Shown here one piece after another: positions 28,558-38,605 of a stretch of 64,000 bases of DNA (position 1 is its first letter; every line of letters starts with the position of its first letter). The stretch is from an uncultured Acidobacteriota bacterium. Its GTDB lineage: Bacteria; Acidobacteriota; Vicinamibacteria; Vicinamibacterales; UBA8438. Below the pieces are notes generated by a model. The model had not been told where the DNA came from. It made no database searches and saw nothing but the letters and a program-made list of their open reading frames with translations. The stretch spans positions 1 to 64,000 of the forward strand of contig CAJWLU010000001.1 in assembly GCA_913043225.1 (NCBI GenBank), in the 5' to 3' direction. The position numbers and the translations under genes were made by a program.

Positions 28558-30102
28558 TCAGCGGGCGCTGTCGTAGGTCGCCGTAAAGTAGCGGTCCATC
28601 TCGTCCAGCTCGGCGCGGCGAAATCCGCTACCCTGCCCCACTTCGACCCCGAGAATCTGATACGCCTGCTCACCTGAATCGTAGGCGGGCCAGGCGGGAA
28701 GCCCGTCGCGGTTCGGATCGCCCGCGGCCGCGAACTGCACCCAGTAGTCGCTGATCAGATCGGAGATCTGCCGGTCGGTGTCCGGAGCCTGCCCTGGCAA
28801 TGTCTGGAACACATACATCAGCTCCATGGCATGCGGCGCCCGCTCGGCCGGATCTCGTAAATTCCTGGTAAACAGATACATGAACGTGTCGCCAGCAGCG
28901 TTCGCGTTCGCGTTAAGGAGCTCGCGGTTGGGACGCGCGAACCAGAGGTCCGTGTTGTAGTCCACCTCGCTGGTATAGAGTTGGTCGGCCGACCTGGCCA
29001 GATAGTGCTCGGCCATCCCGCGCCCATGCTCGCCCCACTCGTCCGTCCGTTCCGACCGTTGCTCGTCCAGCGTCTCGAACGTCCGACTGGGGCGCACAAA
29101 CATCAGTCCCTCGCCATCGTTGACACCGGCAAGCAGCGGCACGATGTTATGGTCACCGGCGCGAAAAATGTCGGCCGGCGGTTCGGGCATCACCCAGCCA
29201 TCGACCGCCAGCGACACGCTGAACTGCATGCTCATCAGGTCATCGGCAGACATGGCTCGCATCGTGGCCGCCAGGTCACCGTCGGTGGACTGCCCAAGCT
29301 CGTCGAGCTTTGCGGCAATGGCACGGCGCCCACGTTCCTCCGCGCTGTCAGAGAAACCGTTGTGGCGAGTCAGATGCGCCACGTTGTTCGGCGTGATCCA
29401 GGTGCTCTCGGAGATCGCGCGATGGAACAGCCCCTTGGCGAGCGGCGTCGCCATCAGCGAGTAGATGCTGGCGCCGCCAGCCGACTCGCCAAAGATCGTC
29501 ACGTTGCCGGGGTCGCCTCCAAACCCCCTGATGTTGTCGCGCACCCACTCGAGCGCCACCACATGATCGAGGATCCCGTAGTTGCCGGACACCCCACGCT
29601 CCGACTCGGCCGAGAGCACCGGATGCGCCATGAAGCCGAACTCGTTCATCCGGTAGTTCACCGACACGAGGACCACGCCCTTCTCAGCGAACCCCGCGCC
29701 GTTGTAGATGCCCACGCTGCTCGCACCCGAGCTCCAACCGCCGCCATGAATCCACACCATGACGGGCAAGCCGGCATCGGCGCTCTCCGCGCCGGTCCAC
29801 ACGTTGAGATAGAGGCAATCCTCGCTCATCAGCTGAGACCGTCCCTGCATGCAGGCCGGGCCGAACGTGTCGGCAGCGCGTACCCCCCGCCAAGGAACCG
29901 GTGGCTGGGGCGGTTTCCAGCGGAGGTCACCGACCGGGGGCGCGGCGAACGGAATCCCGCGATACACGGTGACTCCATCCTCGACCTCGACCCCGGATAC
30001 CTGGCCATAGGTCAGCTGCACCGGGTCATCGGCGGCATGCACGGCCAAGCCGGATGACAGGAGCAGAGCGGCAGCAAATCCAGCGCGCAGTCGCGTGGTC
30101 AT
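28558..30102 (-). CDS. Type-B carboxylesterase, secreted
   Basis: GIPFAAPP, SEDCLYLNVW, WIHGGG, FGESAG, H..EL.YVF. Confidence 0.95.
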   Translation of the reverse strand: MTTRLRAGFAAALLLSSGLAVHAADDPVQLTYGQVSGVEVEDGVTVYRGIPFAAPPVGDLRWKPPQPPVPWRGVRAADTFGPACMQGRSQLMSEDCLYLNVWTGAESADAGLPVMVWIHGGGWSSGASSVGIYNGAGFAEKGVVLVSVNYRMNEFGFMAHPVLSAESERGVSGNYGILDHVVALEWVRDNIRGFGGDPGNVTIFGESAGGASIYSLMATPLAKGLFHRAISESTWITPNNVAHLTRHNGFSDSAEERGRRAIAAKLDELGQSTDGDLAATMRAMSADDLMSMQFSVSLAVDGWVMPEPPADIFRAGDHNIVPLLAGVNDGEGLMFVRPSRTFETLDEQRSERTDEWGEHGRGMAEHYLARSADQLYTSEVDYNTDLWFARPNRELLNANANAAGDTFMYLFTRNLRDPAERAPHAMELMYVFQTLPGQAPDTDRQISDLISDYWVQFAAAGDPNRDGLPAWPAYDSGEQAYQILGVEVGQGSGFRRAELDEMDRYFTATYDSAR

Positions 30103-30332
30103 GAATCAGTCCCTTCGTAGCGTCTCGATGACGAGAGAATCCGGCGTTCGACTCAGCATAGAGACCGCTACCATGCTTGTCTACCGGTGTTGGAGATGAT
30201 GCCTGGAGCGGCTTCCGGATAGCCGGCAATGACGAAGCTACTCCCCGCGACCATCGGTCGGCTCGGAGGCACCCTGCATCGGCGCGTTGTATAGTCGAAG
30301 CAGCTTTACCTTCCATCCTCCTGGAGGCAGCC

Positions 30333-31265
30333 TTGACCGTGGCCGAGTGCCCGAGACCGACCGTTCGCGAAGCGCCCACTCCGGCGCGCTACGGGATTGC
30401 TGATCGGATGCGCGTAACATCCGGCGCAGGACGTTTAGACCTGTGGATTCCGCTCGTCACTGATACGCCCTACCAGCGCGTGCTAGCGTGCGAGCTGCCG
30501 TCTGGCGCAGGCTGGTCGGTCACACGGGAACCGGAGCACGGGAACCAGATGGCCCACCTGCGGCTCGATGAGATGACCGCGCCTCTGGACGTTGAAGTCC
30601 GCTACGACGTTGAGCGGCTTCAAGTGACCCACGAGCTTCACGAGAGCTGCGTCCGACCTCTCGGCAACCCGACGCCCTTTGCCCAGCACCTAGCGCCGGA
30701 ACGCCACGTGGACATCAGTGACGCGACGAGAGCACTGGCCGCGTCGGTCGTGGGGAACGAGACCAACCCGCTTGGCCAGGCTCGACGTCTTTTCGACTAT
30801 GTCACCGGCGCCATGCAATACGACGCCACCCGGCAATCAGGTACCGGCAGCACGCAGCATGCAATGGCCTGCTCGGTCGGCAACTGTAACGACATTCATG
30901 CGCTCTTCATCTCGCTGGCTCGCTCGGCCGGCATCCCCGCGCGGCTGGTACTGGGGCAAGCCCTCGAACCGACTACGCCTGGAGAGGAGGATTGCGACAT
31001 CTGCGGCTATCACTGCTGGGCCGAGTTCTTCGCCACCGGCCTCGGATGGATCCCGGTCGATGCCTCGTGCACGTGTAAATTTGGCACGGAGGGGCTGTTC
31101 GGAACGCTCGAGATGAACCACGTCGCGTGGTCAGTCGGGCGCGACCTGCAGCTGGCTCCACCCCAGTCTGGCGCCCCGGTGCTGTTCTTTGCCGGCCCCT
31201 ACGCCGAGCTGAATGGCGCCCCGAGCCCCACGATCGAGCGACACCTGAATGTCTCCGAGGGGTAG
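30333..31265 (+). CDS. Transglutaminase-like domain protein
   Basis: GNCNDIH, GYHCWAEF, WIPVD catalytic Cys-His-Asp; start uncertain (TTG 30333 or GTG 30339). Confidence 0.88.
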   Translation: MTVAECPRPTVREAPTPARYGIADRMRVTSGAGRLDLWIPLVTDTPYQRVLACELPSGAGWSVTREPEHGNQMAHLRLDEMTAPLDVEVRYDVERLQVTHELHESCVRPLGNPTPFAQHLAPERHVDISDATRALAASVVGNETNPLGQARRLFDYVTGAMQYDATRQSGTGSTQHAMACSVGNCNDIHALFISLARSAGIPARLVLGQALEPTTPGEEDCDICGYHCWAEFFATGLGWIPVDASCTCKFGTEGLFGTLEMNHVAWSVGRDLQLAPPQSGAPVLFFAGPYAELNGAPSPTIERHLNVSEG

Positions 31266-31345
31266 GCGCCGCCCCGGCCCCTGCTTGATGCGTCCGGGCA
31301 GGGACCGCTATCCTTGAGGCCACTTTCTAGTGAAGGAGTGACGGA

Positions 31346-32383
31346 ATGAGCCTGAAGTCTCCACGTCTTCTCGTCGCGCTGGTCCTGGTAGCGCTCGGGG
31401 TGGTCGGTCCGATGGTGGCCGCAGAGCGGTCCGCGGCGAACATGGCGGCCGCTGCCAACGCCTTCCTCGACAGCCTGTCTTCAGCCCAGCGGGCGGAGGC
31501 GACCTTCGAGATCCAGTCCGAGGAACGGGAGAAGTTCCACTTCATCCCGACCGAGATGTTCCCGCGTAACGGCGTGACCCTCATCGACATGAACGCCGGG
31601 CAGCGGATGCGGGCCCACGACCTGCTGAGCTCCGGACTCAGCCAGCGTGGCTATCTCACCGCGACGACGGTCATGGAGCTCGAGGGCATCCTGTCCACCA
31701 TCGAGACCAACGGCCGTTTCGACCGGAACCCCGAGTGGTACTTCTTCTCGGTGTTCGGTACGCCCGGCCCGACCGGCGCCTGGGGCTGGCGCGTGCAGGG
31801 GCACCACTTGTCACTCGACTTCACCATCGTTGACGGCCGGTCGGTGGCGGCATCACCCAGCTTCTTCGGCTCGAACCCGGCCCAGGTCAAGGAGGGCCGG
31901 CACGCCGGACTTCGCGCGCTGGCCGGACGTGAAGACACGGCCCGCGCACTGGTGCAGGCGCTCGATGGCTCGCAGCGCTCGACCGCCATCGTGGCCGAAG
32001 AAGCGCCCGACGACATCATCACCGGCGCCGAGCTCGAGATCGACCCGCTGTCGCCGGCAGGGCTGCAGGCCTCGGCCATGACCGACGCACAGCAGGAGAT
32101 GCTGATGGACGTCATCGAGTCCTACACCTCGACGATGGCCAACGACATCGCCGCCGAGCGGGTCGCGCAGGTCAAGGAGAACTGGGACAGCATCGGGTTC
32201 GCCTGGGCCGGAGGCATCGAGCGAGGGGACGGGCACTACTACCGGGTGCAGGGGCCGTCGTTCCTCATCGAGTACGACAGCACGCAGGGGGGCGGCAACC
32301 ACGTCCACTCGGTATGGCGTGACTTCGAGAACGACTTCGGGCGCGACCTGCTCCGCGAGCACCTGGCCGCCAACGACCACTAA
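31346..32383 (+). CDS. DUF3500-family secreted protein
   Basis: WGWR.QGHHLS, SPSFFGSNP, YYRVQGP, NHVHSVWRD..NDFG. Confidence 0.9.
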   Translation: MSLKSPRLLVALVLVALGVVGPMVAAERSAANMAAAANAFLDSLSSAQRAEATFEIQSEEREKFHFIPTEMFPRNGVTLIDMNAGQRMRAHDLLSSGLSQRGYLTATTVMELEGILSTIETNGRFDRNPEWYFFSVFGTPGPTGAWGWRVQGHHLSLDFTIVDGRSVAASPSFFGSNPAQVKEGRHAGLRALAGREDTARALVQALDGSQRSTAIVAEEAPDDIITGAELEIDPLSPAGLQASAMTDAQQEMLMDVIESYTSTMANDIAAERVAQVKENWDSIGFAWAGGIERGDGHYYRVQGPSFLIEYDSTQGGGNHVHSVWRDFENDFGRDLLREHLAANDH

Positions 32384-32386
32384 ACG

Positions 32387-32415
32387 AAAAGAGGGCCGGC
32401 TCCCGCCGGCCCTCT
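32387..32415 (-). terminator. Terminator hairpin between convergent genes
   Basis: AGAGGGCCGGC-TCCC-GCCGGCCCTCT with A-run on the left (U-tract on the minus strand). Confidence 0.75.
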
Positions 32416-32446
32416 CTCACCCTCCGAAACGAGACACCCGCAGGTC

Positions 32447-33700
32447 TCAAAACATCCCGAGCGTCTCGAACTTCCCACCCAGCACCTTCTCAGACTGCTG
32501 GTAACCCAGGAACTCCTCAATCAGGCTCGCATAGACCCGCCGGAAGTCGGTGGTGTGCTGCAGGTTGTCACCAAGCACGAGATCGGTGAGGCTGGGCGGC
32601 GTCCCGTACTGGCCGCCCTGCACCCCGCCGCCGACGGCGAACGACACGTTCGCCGTGCCGTGGTCGGTACCCAGGCTGGTGTTTTCCGGCACGCGACGGC
32701 CGAACTCGCTGTGGATAAACACCGAGACGTCGTCCTGCTTGCCGATCCGCTTCATCTCCTCGAAGAACCCCCAGACCGCGTCCGAGCAGTACTGTACCTG
32801 CCGGTCGAACGGGCTCTCCTGGTTGACGTGCGTATCGAACAGGCTGCCGCGGAGCCGCACGTAGTAGAGGCGCGCCGGGAAGTCGTTCTCGATGAGCGCC
32901 ACCACCTTGTCGAGGTCGAGCAGTCGCAGGTCTGGGGTGCGGGTACGCGAGTAGTTCTGCCAGGCCTGCCGCACTAGCGCTGACGCTTCACGCGCGCTCT
33001 GGTTCACGTCGAGCAGAAATCGGTGCGTGTCGTTCTTGGCCGCCTGCCCGTTGCCGAGACGCCCCACCTGGGCCTGCTGCGGCTGAAACAGATCGCGCCG
33101 GAAGCCGGTGGGATCCTGGAAGACCACCGGCACGTGGTCGCGGGCCCGAACCGCCAGACTCTGGGTAGACGAGATGTTCACCAGATAGTTCGGCGTCCCA
33201 TCGGGGTCGAGAGCATCGGCGGTGCGTCCGTACCAGCCGTAGGGTTCGCCGCTGTTCGGAGCGCCCGTGTGCCAGTAGGAGCTGGACGCGAAGTGCGAGA
33301 ACGACGGCTGGTCATACCCGGCGCCATGGATGACGGCCACGTTACCCTCGTCCCAGAGCCGGTGCATGCCGAGCATCGAGCGGTGAAAGCCGAAGTGCTC
33401 GTCCGCCTTGATGACGTTCTGCTCGCGGACGCCCACATTCGGCCGCTGGCGATACAGCGCATCGTCGCCATACGGGACGAAGGTGCTCAGTCCGTCGTAG
33501 CCACCAAACCACTCGAACACCACGAGAATCTTGCCAGGGGTGGCGGCGAGCGCGGTCGAGGCCGCCGTAAACATCGGCGGCAACGGGCTGACGCCGCTCA
33601 GGATCCCCAGCCCGATGCCCTGGGCTCCGATCTTGAGCGCCTGCCGGCGCGAGACGCCGCTTTCGTCAATGAGCCGCTTTCCACGATTCGACAAAGTCAT
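32447..33700 (-). CDS. DUF1501-family protein, Tat substrate
   Basis: SRRQALK; GG.DGL, SFSHF, FDTH, SEFGRR..EN..GTDHG, DFRRVYA. Confidence 0.92.
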   Translation of the reverse strand: MTLSNRGKRLIDESGVSRRQALKIGAQGIGLGILSGVSPLPPMFTAASTALAATPGKILVVFEWFGGYDGLSTFVPYGDDALYRQRPNVGVREQNVIKADEHFGFHRSMLGMHRLWDEGNVAVIHGAGYDQPSFSHFASSSYWHTGAPNSGEPYGWYGRTADALDPDGTPNYLVNISSTQSLAVRARDHVPVVFQDPTGFRRDLFQPQQAQVGRLGNGQAAKNDTHRFLLDVNQSAREASALVRQAWQNYSRTRTPDLRLLDLDKVVALIENDFPARLYYVRLRGSLFDTHVNQESPFDRQVQYCSDAVWGFFEEMKRIGKQDDVSVFIHSEFGRRVPENTSLGTDHGTANVSFAVGGGVQGGQYGTPPSLTDLVLGDNLQHTTDFRRVYASLIEEFLGYQQSEKVLGGKFETLGMF

Positions 33701-33712
33701 GCGGTTGTCCTC

Positions 33713-35557
33713 TCAATCAATCTGGTATTCCGGCGTGCTCATGATCAGATGGGTGACCATCCGGAGCGGGTCTTCCAGATACGTCTCGGCGCGCACCAAG
33801 TCGTCGCTGGCCAGCTCGTCACCAAGGAACTCGATCAAGCCGGAGCGGAATTCGGTCGACACCGGCATCCGGAGGAATCGGCCAAGCAGATGGTCGACCG
33901 CCTCGGTCGTGGTGGTCGCTCCGGCGTCCAGCACCATCCGGGTCATGTCGATCCGGACCGCGCCACGTGGGGTCGGAATGAGCTTCTGCATGGCGGTGGC
34001 CCAGGCCCGATAGCCAGAGACCCGTGTGTTGAACAGCTCGTCTCGCTCGCGCGCCGCCATGTTGAAGGCAGTCTGCTCAGCGGTTGGATCGAGCGCGATG
34101 GCGGCGGTGAAGTTCTGCCCGCTCCTGAGGCGCTCGCCGATGATGGCATCGCCGCCACTCGACAGGAAGTTTGGGTCCTGGAACCCGACAACGTCAGGGA
34201 ACAGAACGTTGAACGCGACGTTGCCTCGCCGCTGCAGCAGGGCGGGCGTGATCCAGGCCTGCCCCTGCGCCCAGCCGGCCACCGACGGCGGGTTGAGCAG
34301 CTGCTGCCCCAGCCCGGTGGTCGTCCGGTTGAAGTCTGGCACGCCAGGCACGTCGTCGGCGTCCAGCTGGTTCAGCATGGTGATGACATGCTCGACCGGC
34401 CCCTTGATATGCGCGCCGTAAGAGGCCTCGCTATAGAAGTCGCGCGACAGGAAAATCGTGCTCAGTAAGGGCTGAAGCTCGTAGTCGGCGCCTCGGAAGA
34501 CCTCTCCGAGCGCGGCGACCAGCGCGTCGCTCGGATCGGCCCGAACGAAGAAACGGTAAAGTTTGGCCGCGATGTACTCAGCGGTGACCGGCTGATCGAG
34601 AATGATGCGCAACACGTCCACGCCGTCGAAGTGTCCAGTCTGCCCGAGAAACTCCTTCTCGCCGTCATCGTGCTGGTCGGCGTTGACCACGAAGTCGAGG
34701 TCAACGTAGTTCCACCCGGTGAACGCGCGGGCCGCCTCACGCACATCCCGCTCAGAATAGTTGCCGACGCCCATAGTGAAGAGCTCCATCACCTCGCGAG
34801 CAAAGTTCTCGTTGGCCGCGCCCTTCACGTTTACGCCGGCATCCAGGTAGTAGAGCATGCCGGGATCCTTCGCGACCGCTTCGACGAGATCGCCGAAGTT
34901 CCCCACAGCGTGCTGCTGGAAGAGTTCAACCTGGCCGAGGAGCTTCCGGTAGTCGCGTACCTTTCCTTCAGCAGTCGCGAAGTGCCCGTGCCAGAAGAGC
35001 GCCAGCTTCTCTTGCAAGGGGCGATTGGTGTCGAGCATCCGCTCCGCCCACCAATAGGCCACCCGACGGCTTTCGAGTTGTGACGCCCGGATCCAGTAGA
35101 AGAACCGGTCCGATACCGGTTGCATGTGGCGGTTGCCACCCTCCGGCTTCACCCGGATGCCCATGCTCTTCCCGGTCTCCTGCGCAAGCTCCGTGGCCGC
35201 GGGACGACTGGGCGGAAAGTCAGCGAGGGACTCATCGAAGAACCCGGAGTGCTCAAACGGCAGCAGGTGGTCATTGGCGACTCCGTCGAAGTCGACCAGC
35301 GATGCCACCGCATCGGCTGGTGTCATATCGACTAGACGCTGAATCTCGTCCGGTGTACCGCCGAAACCGGCTCGTCCAAGTAGATGCTCGGCCCGGTCGT
35401 AACTCCAGTCCGCCTCGGTGATGGGCGTCAGGTCTCCCACCCAGGACGCGGGGCCAGGTTGGTAGTCGTTCTCGTTAGCAACCACCGACGGAATGGTCAG
35501 CACAGGCGCCAGCAGCAGGATCAAGGCAGCGGCGAGCGGATGGCGTCGCTTCGTCAT
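33713..35557 (-). CDS. DUF1800-family protein
   Basis: HLL.RAGFG, LALFWHGHFAT, NENFAREVMELFTMG, AARAFTGW, PPSVAGW. Confidence 0.93.
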   Translation of the reverse strand: MTKRRHPLAAALILLLAPVLTIPSVVANENDYQPGPASWVGDLTPITEADWSYDRAEHLLGRAGFGGTPDEIQRLVDMTPADAVASLVDFDGVANDHLLPFEHSGFFDESLADFPPSRPAATELAQETGKSMGIRVKPEGGNRHMQPVSDRFFYWIRASQLESRRVAYWWAERMLDTNRPLQEKLALFWHGHFATAEGKVRDYRKLLGQVELFQQHAVGNFGDLVEAVAKDPGMLYYLDAGVNVKGAANENFAREVMELFTMGVGNYSERDVREAARAFTGWNYVDLDFVVNADQHDDGEKEFLGQTGHFDGVDVLRIILDQPVTAEYIAAKLYRFFVRADPSDALVAALGEVFRGADYELQPLLSTIFLSRDFYSEASYGAHIKGPVEHVITMLNQLDADDVPGVPDFNRTTTGLGQQLLNPPSVAGWAQGQAWITPALLQRRGNVAFNVLFPDVVGFQDPNFLSSGGDAIIGERLRSGQNFTAAIALDPTAEQTAFNMAARERDELFNTRVSGYRAWATAMQKLIPTPRGAVRIDMTRMVLDAGATTTTEAVDHLLGRFLRMPVSTEFRSGLIEFLGDELASDDLVRAETYLEDPLRMVTHLIMSTPEYQID

Positions 35558-35952
35558 CAGTAATCCTCGCAATCCTGACGTTTATACACCGACGCCGAGC
35601 CAACCGCTAGGTGTGGAGCTCCACCTCGACGCCGACCCCGGTGAGCTTCGTGTGAGTTGCAGTCACCCCCGCTCATCGCGAAGTCCTTCATAAGAGCCCA
35701 TGGCTCGTCGGACAAGAACCCCAACTCGGACAACTCGAACGCTGCGACACTGCCCCCACCGTCGACCGGACCGGCTGTATGGGCGGCGGCGCTGATGCCT
35801 GACACCACGAGGATTCCTGCGGCGACAGCGGTAGCCGATATCGGCATCGTGTCCCGCGTGCCAAGGCGCGGCAGCGCAGCAACCCTCGTGCGGCATCTAT
35901 GCTAGGGTCGTCCTCTTGCCCCCGCCAGTTCGGCCGACGGGGCTCGTGAGCC

Positions 35953-36873
35953 ATGGACCAGTCGACCCGCGCCCCCGTTTACGTTATTGGGAGCCTCAAC
36001 ACGGATTTGGTGGTGAAGACCGGCCAGCTACCTGCCCCGGGTCAGACGGTGCTGGGCGGCGACTTTTTCATGAGCCCGGGCGGCAAGGGAGGCAACCAGG
36101 CGGTCGCCGCCGCCAGGCTCGGCGCCAGCGTCTCGATGGTGGCCCGACTCGGCACCGACATCTTCGCCGACGCCGCTATGGCCAGCCTCGAACGCGATGG
36201 GCTGACATGCACCCACGTCAGCCGCGATCCTGACCGCCCGTCAGGGGTAGCCCTCATCAGCGTCGATGCAGCCGGGGAGAACCAAATCGTGGTGGCGCCA
36301 GGTGCCAACGCCGCGCTTAGCCCCGCCGACGTCGAACATGCCTGCGGCGAGCTACCGGCAGGGGCCCTTGTCCTCCTCCAGCTCGAGATCCCGATGGAGG
36401 CCGTCCAGCGAACGGTGGCTATTGCGGCCGAGCGCCACTGTCGCGTCATCCTCGACCCCGCGCCAGCGCCCGAAGGACCGCTACCAAGGGACCTCCTGGG
36501 TGGCGTCTATCTTCTGACCCCGAACGAAACCGAGGCGCAACGCCTGACCGGTCTGAAGGTAACCGATCAGGACTCTGCCCGGACCGCCGCCGGTGCCTTG
36601 ATCGATGCCGGCGCCGCCCACGTGGCGCTCACTCTGGGGCCAGCCGGCGTCTGTCTAGCACACCAGAACCAGACCACCTTCGTTCCGGCTCCACAGGTGA
36701 CAGCGGTAGATTCAACTGCCGCCGGCGACTGCTTTAATGGCGCTGTGGCGGCCGGATTGGCCAAAGGCCTCGACCTGATCGCCAGCGTCGAATTCGGCTG
36801 TCTGGCCGCCGCCATGTCGGTCACACGGCTGGGGGCGCAAGACGCCATGCCTTCGGCGGCCGATATCGCTTGA
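35953..36873 (+). CDS. rbsK: Ribokinase
   Basis: GSLNTD, PGGKGGNQA, QLEIP, PNETE, DSTAAGDCF. Confidence 0.94.
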   Translation: MDQSTRAPVYVIGSLNTDLVVKTGQLPAPGQTVLGGDFFMSPGGKGGNQAVAAARLGASVSMVARLGTDIFADAAMASLERDGLTCTHVSRDPDRPSGVALISVDAAGENQIVVAPGANAALSPADVEHACGELPAGALVLLQLEIPMEAVQRTVAIAAERHCRVILDPAPAPEGPLPRDLLGGVYLLTPNETEAQRLTGLKVTDQDSARTAAGALIDAGAAHVALTLGPAGVCLAHQNQTTFVPAPQVTAVDSTAAGDCFNGAVAAGLAKGLDLIASVEFGCLAAAMSVTRLGAQDAMPSAADIA

Positions 36874-36874
36874 G

Positions 36875-37030
36875 GCAGAGTTGCACGTCGACGGCGAGCT
36901 CATAGAGACCGCCCGCTGACCGACCGAGTACATGACCTGTCGGTTCTACCTATTTTGGCGCTCCGCACTCGACGAGGGGCGCCACAGGGCTGAAGCGCGG
37001 CTACTGAACCTAACGGAGTCGGCGCGCAAT
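36875..37030 (+). pseudogene. C-terminal remnant resembling the tail domain of ADP-ribosylglycohydrolase-family proteins
   Basis: AELHVDGELIETAR*PTEYMTCRFYLFWRSALDEGRHRAEARLLN, in-frame stop at 36917, no start codon. Confidence 0.5.
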
Positions 37031-37126
37031 AGTGCTCTACGACGCCGAGACGGCGGCGAAATGAGCGGATGCGGCTGATTCTGGTACCATGTTCCAAGTA
37101 CGAAGTACGTTCTGAGGGAGGATCGA

Positions 37127-38605
37127 ATGCTAAAGGCGACGTTCCCCTACGCCGTGCTAGCGGTGCTTGCGTGGCCGACACTGGCCACCGGTCAATCAAT
37201 TGCCGGCGCAGACCCGCATCCGGAGGTCCACTACTACGACCTGGCCGACTTCGGCATCGCGCCGACCGACGTCACATTCGCCAAGGACATCGGCCCGATC
37301 CTGCAGCGCAGCTGCCAAAGCTGTCATCGTCCCAACGGCGGCGCGCCGATGTCACTCGTCACCTATCAGGAGGTAAGGCCGTGGGCGCGCTCCATCAAGC
37401 ACCGGACCGCCATCCGTGACCGGATGGGCGCAATGCCACCGTTCTATCTGGAGAAGGACATCGGCATCACCCGGTTCAAGGACGACACGTCACTCAGCGA
37501 CCTCGAGCTGGCCAAGATCCAGGCCTGGGTCGACAACGGCGCGCCGCTGGGTAACCAAGCGGATATGCCGCCGGCCCTCGAATTCACCGAAGCGGGTGAG
37601 TGGGCACTTGGCGAACCGGATCTGACCCTGAGGGGACCGGAGATCACGCTGCCCGCCATCGGACCCGACCGCTGGGGAGACATCGGACTCGTACCAACCG
37701 GTTTGACTGAGGATCGATATGTGAAGGCCGTCGAGGTACGGGAGGTCAACAACATCCCACCCGCCTCAGGCTCAGACACGGTCGGCGGACGCTACATCTT
37801 CCACCACATGACCTACTCGAGTGGAGTGCTGAACGAGGCCGGCACCGAGGTCCTCGACGACACGAGGATCCGCTGGCCCATCCACGAGGTGGGCCGGAAC
37901 CCGGACATCTTCGCGGAGAAATTCGGGACGCTGCTGCAGGCCAACTCGGCGCTGCATCTAGGCGCGAGTCATCTCCACTCGAACGGCATCCAGGAAACCA
38001 CTGGACATCTCGAATTCGGATTCCATTTCCATCCGAAAGGCTACGAGCCGGAGTATGGCGGTCGAGCACCAGTGCGGTTGGGGAACGGTAACGACATCGA
38101 CGTGATGCCCGGTCGGGCCGACCAGGAGTTCCACTCGTTCGAGGTACTCGAGCAGCACACGAAGATCATCGCCTTCGAACCGCACCTGCACGCCCCCGGG
38201 ACCCGCATGTGTATGGAGGCGATCTGGGGCGGCAACCACTTCACCTTGAACTGTGTCGGCTACGACCACAACTGGGTGAAGCAGTACGTCTACGAGGACG
38301 ACGCGGCACCGCTGCTGCCTAAGGGAACTATCCTGCACATCGTCGGCTTCCTCGACACCACCGCCGGCAACGAGAACCTTGCCGACAACCGTAACTGGGC
38401 AGGCGGGGGCCGTCGATCGGTTGCCAACATGTTCATCGACCTCGGCTACGCCGTGGAGCTGACCGAGAAGCAGTTCCAGGACGAGATGACCGAACGTCGA
38501 GCCGCCATGGAAAGCCGGAACGAATACGATGTGGGCTGCCCGCTCTGCTGGGCGCCGATTCCGACCGAGGAGACCGCCACCACGGACGGTGGGGACAGCC
38601 AGTGA
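37127..38605 (+). CDS. Secreted cytochrome c / copper type II (PHM/DBH-like) monooxygenase fusion, copy 1
   Basis: Signal peptide; TFAKDIGPILQRSCQSCH, MPP; FHHM, SHLH, PHLH, YDHNW, ANMF; C-terminal CPLC. Confidence 0.85.
   Translation: MLKATFPYAVLAVLAWPTLATGQSIAGADPHPEVHYYDLADFGIAPTDVTFAKDIGPILQRSCQSCHRPNGGAPMSLVTYQEVRPWARSIKHRTAIRDRMGAMPPFYLEKDIGITRFKDDTSLSDLELAKIQAWVDNGAPLGNQADMPPALEFTEAGEWALGEPDLTLRGPEITLPAIGPDRWGDIGLVPTGLTEDRYVKAVEVREVNNIPPASGSDTVGGRYIFHHMTYSSGVLNEAGTEVLDDTRIRWPIHEVGRNPDIFAEKFGTLLQANSALHLGASHLHSNGIQETTGHLEFGFHFHPKGYEPEYGGRAPVRLGNGNDIDVMPGRADQEFHSFEVLEQHTKIIAFEPHLHAPGTRMCMEAIWGGNHFTLNCVGYDHNWVKQYVYEDDAAPLLPKGTILHIVGFLDTTAGNENLADNRNWAGGGRRSVANMFIDLGYAVELTEKQFQDEMTERRAAMESRNEYDVGCPLCWAPIPTEETATTDGGDSQ

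Noticed and set aside
28981..30057. Long antisense ORFs (also 33023-34468, 40009-40986, 62219-63283)
   Set aside because: Shadow frames opposite well-supported genes, expected from high-GC codon bias.
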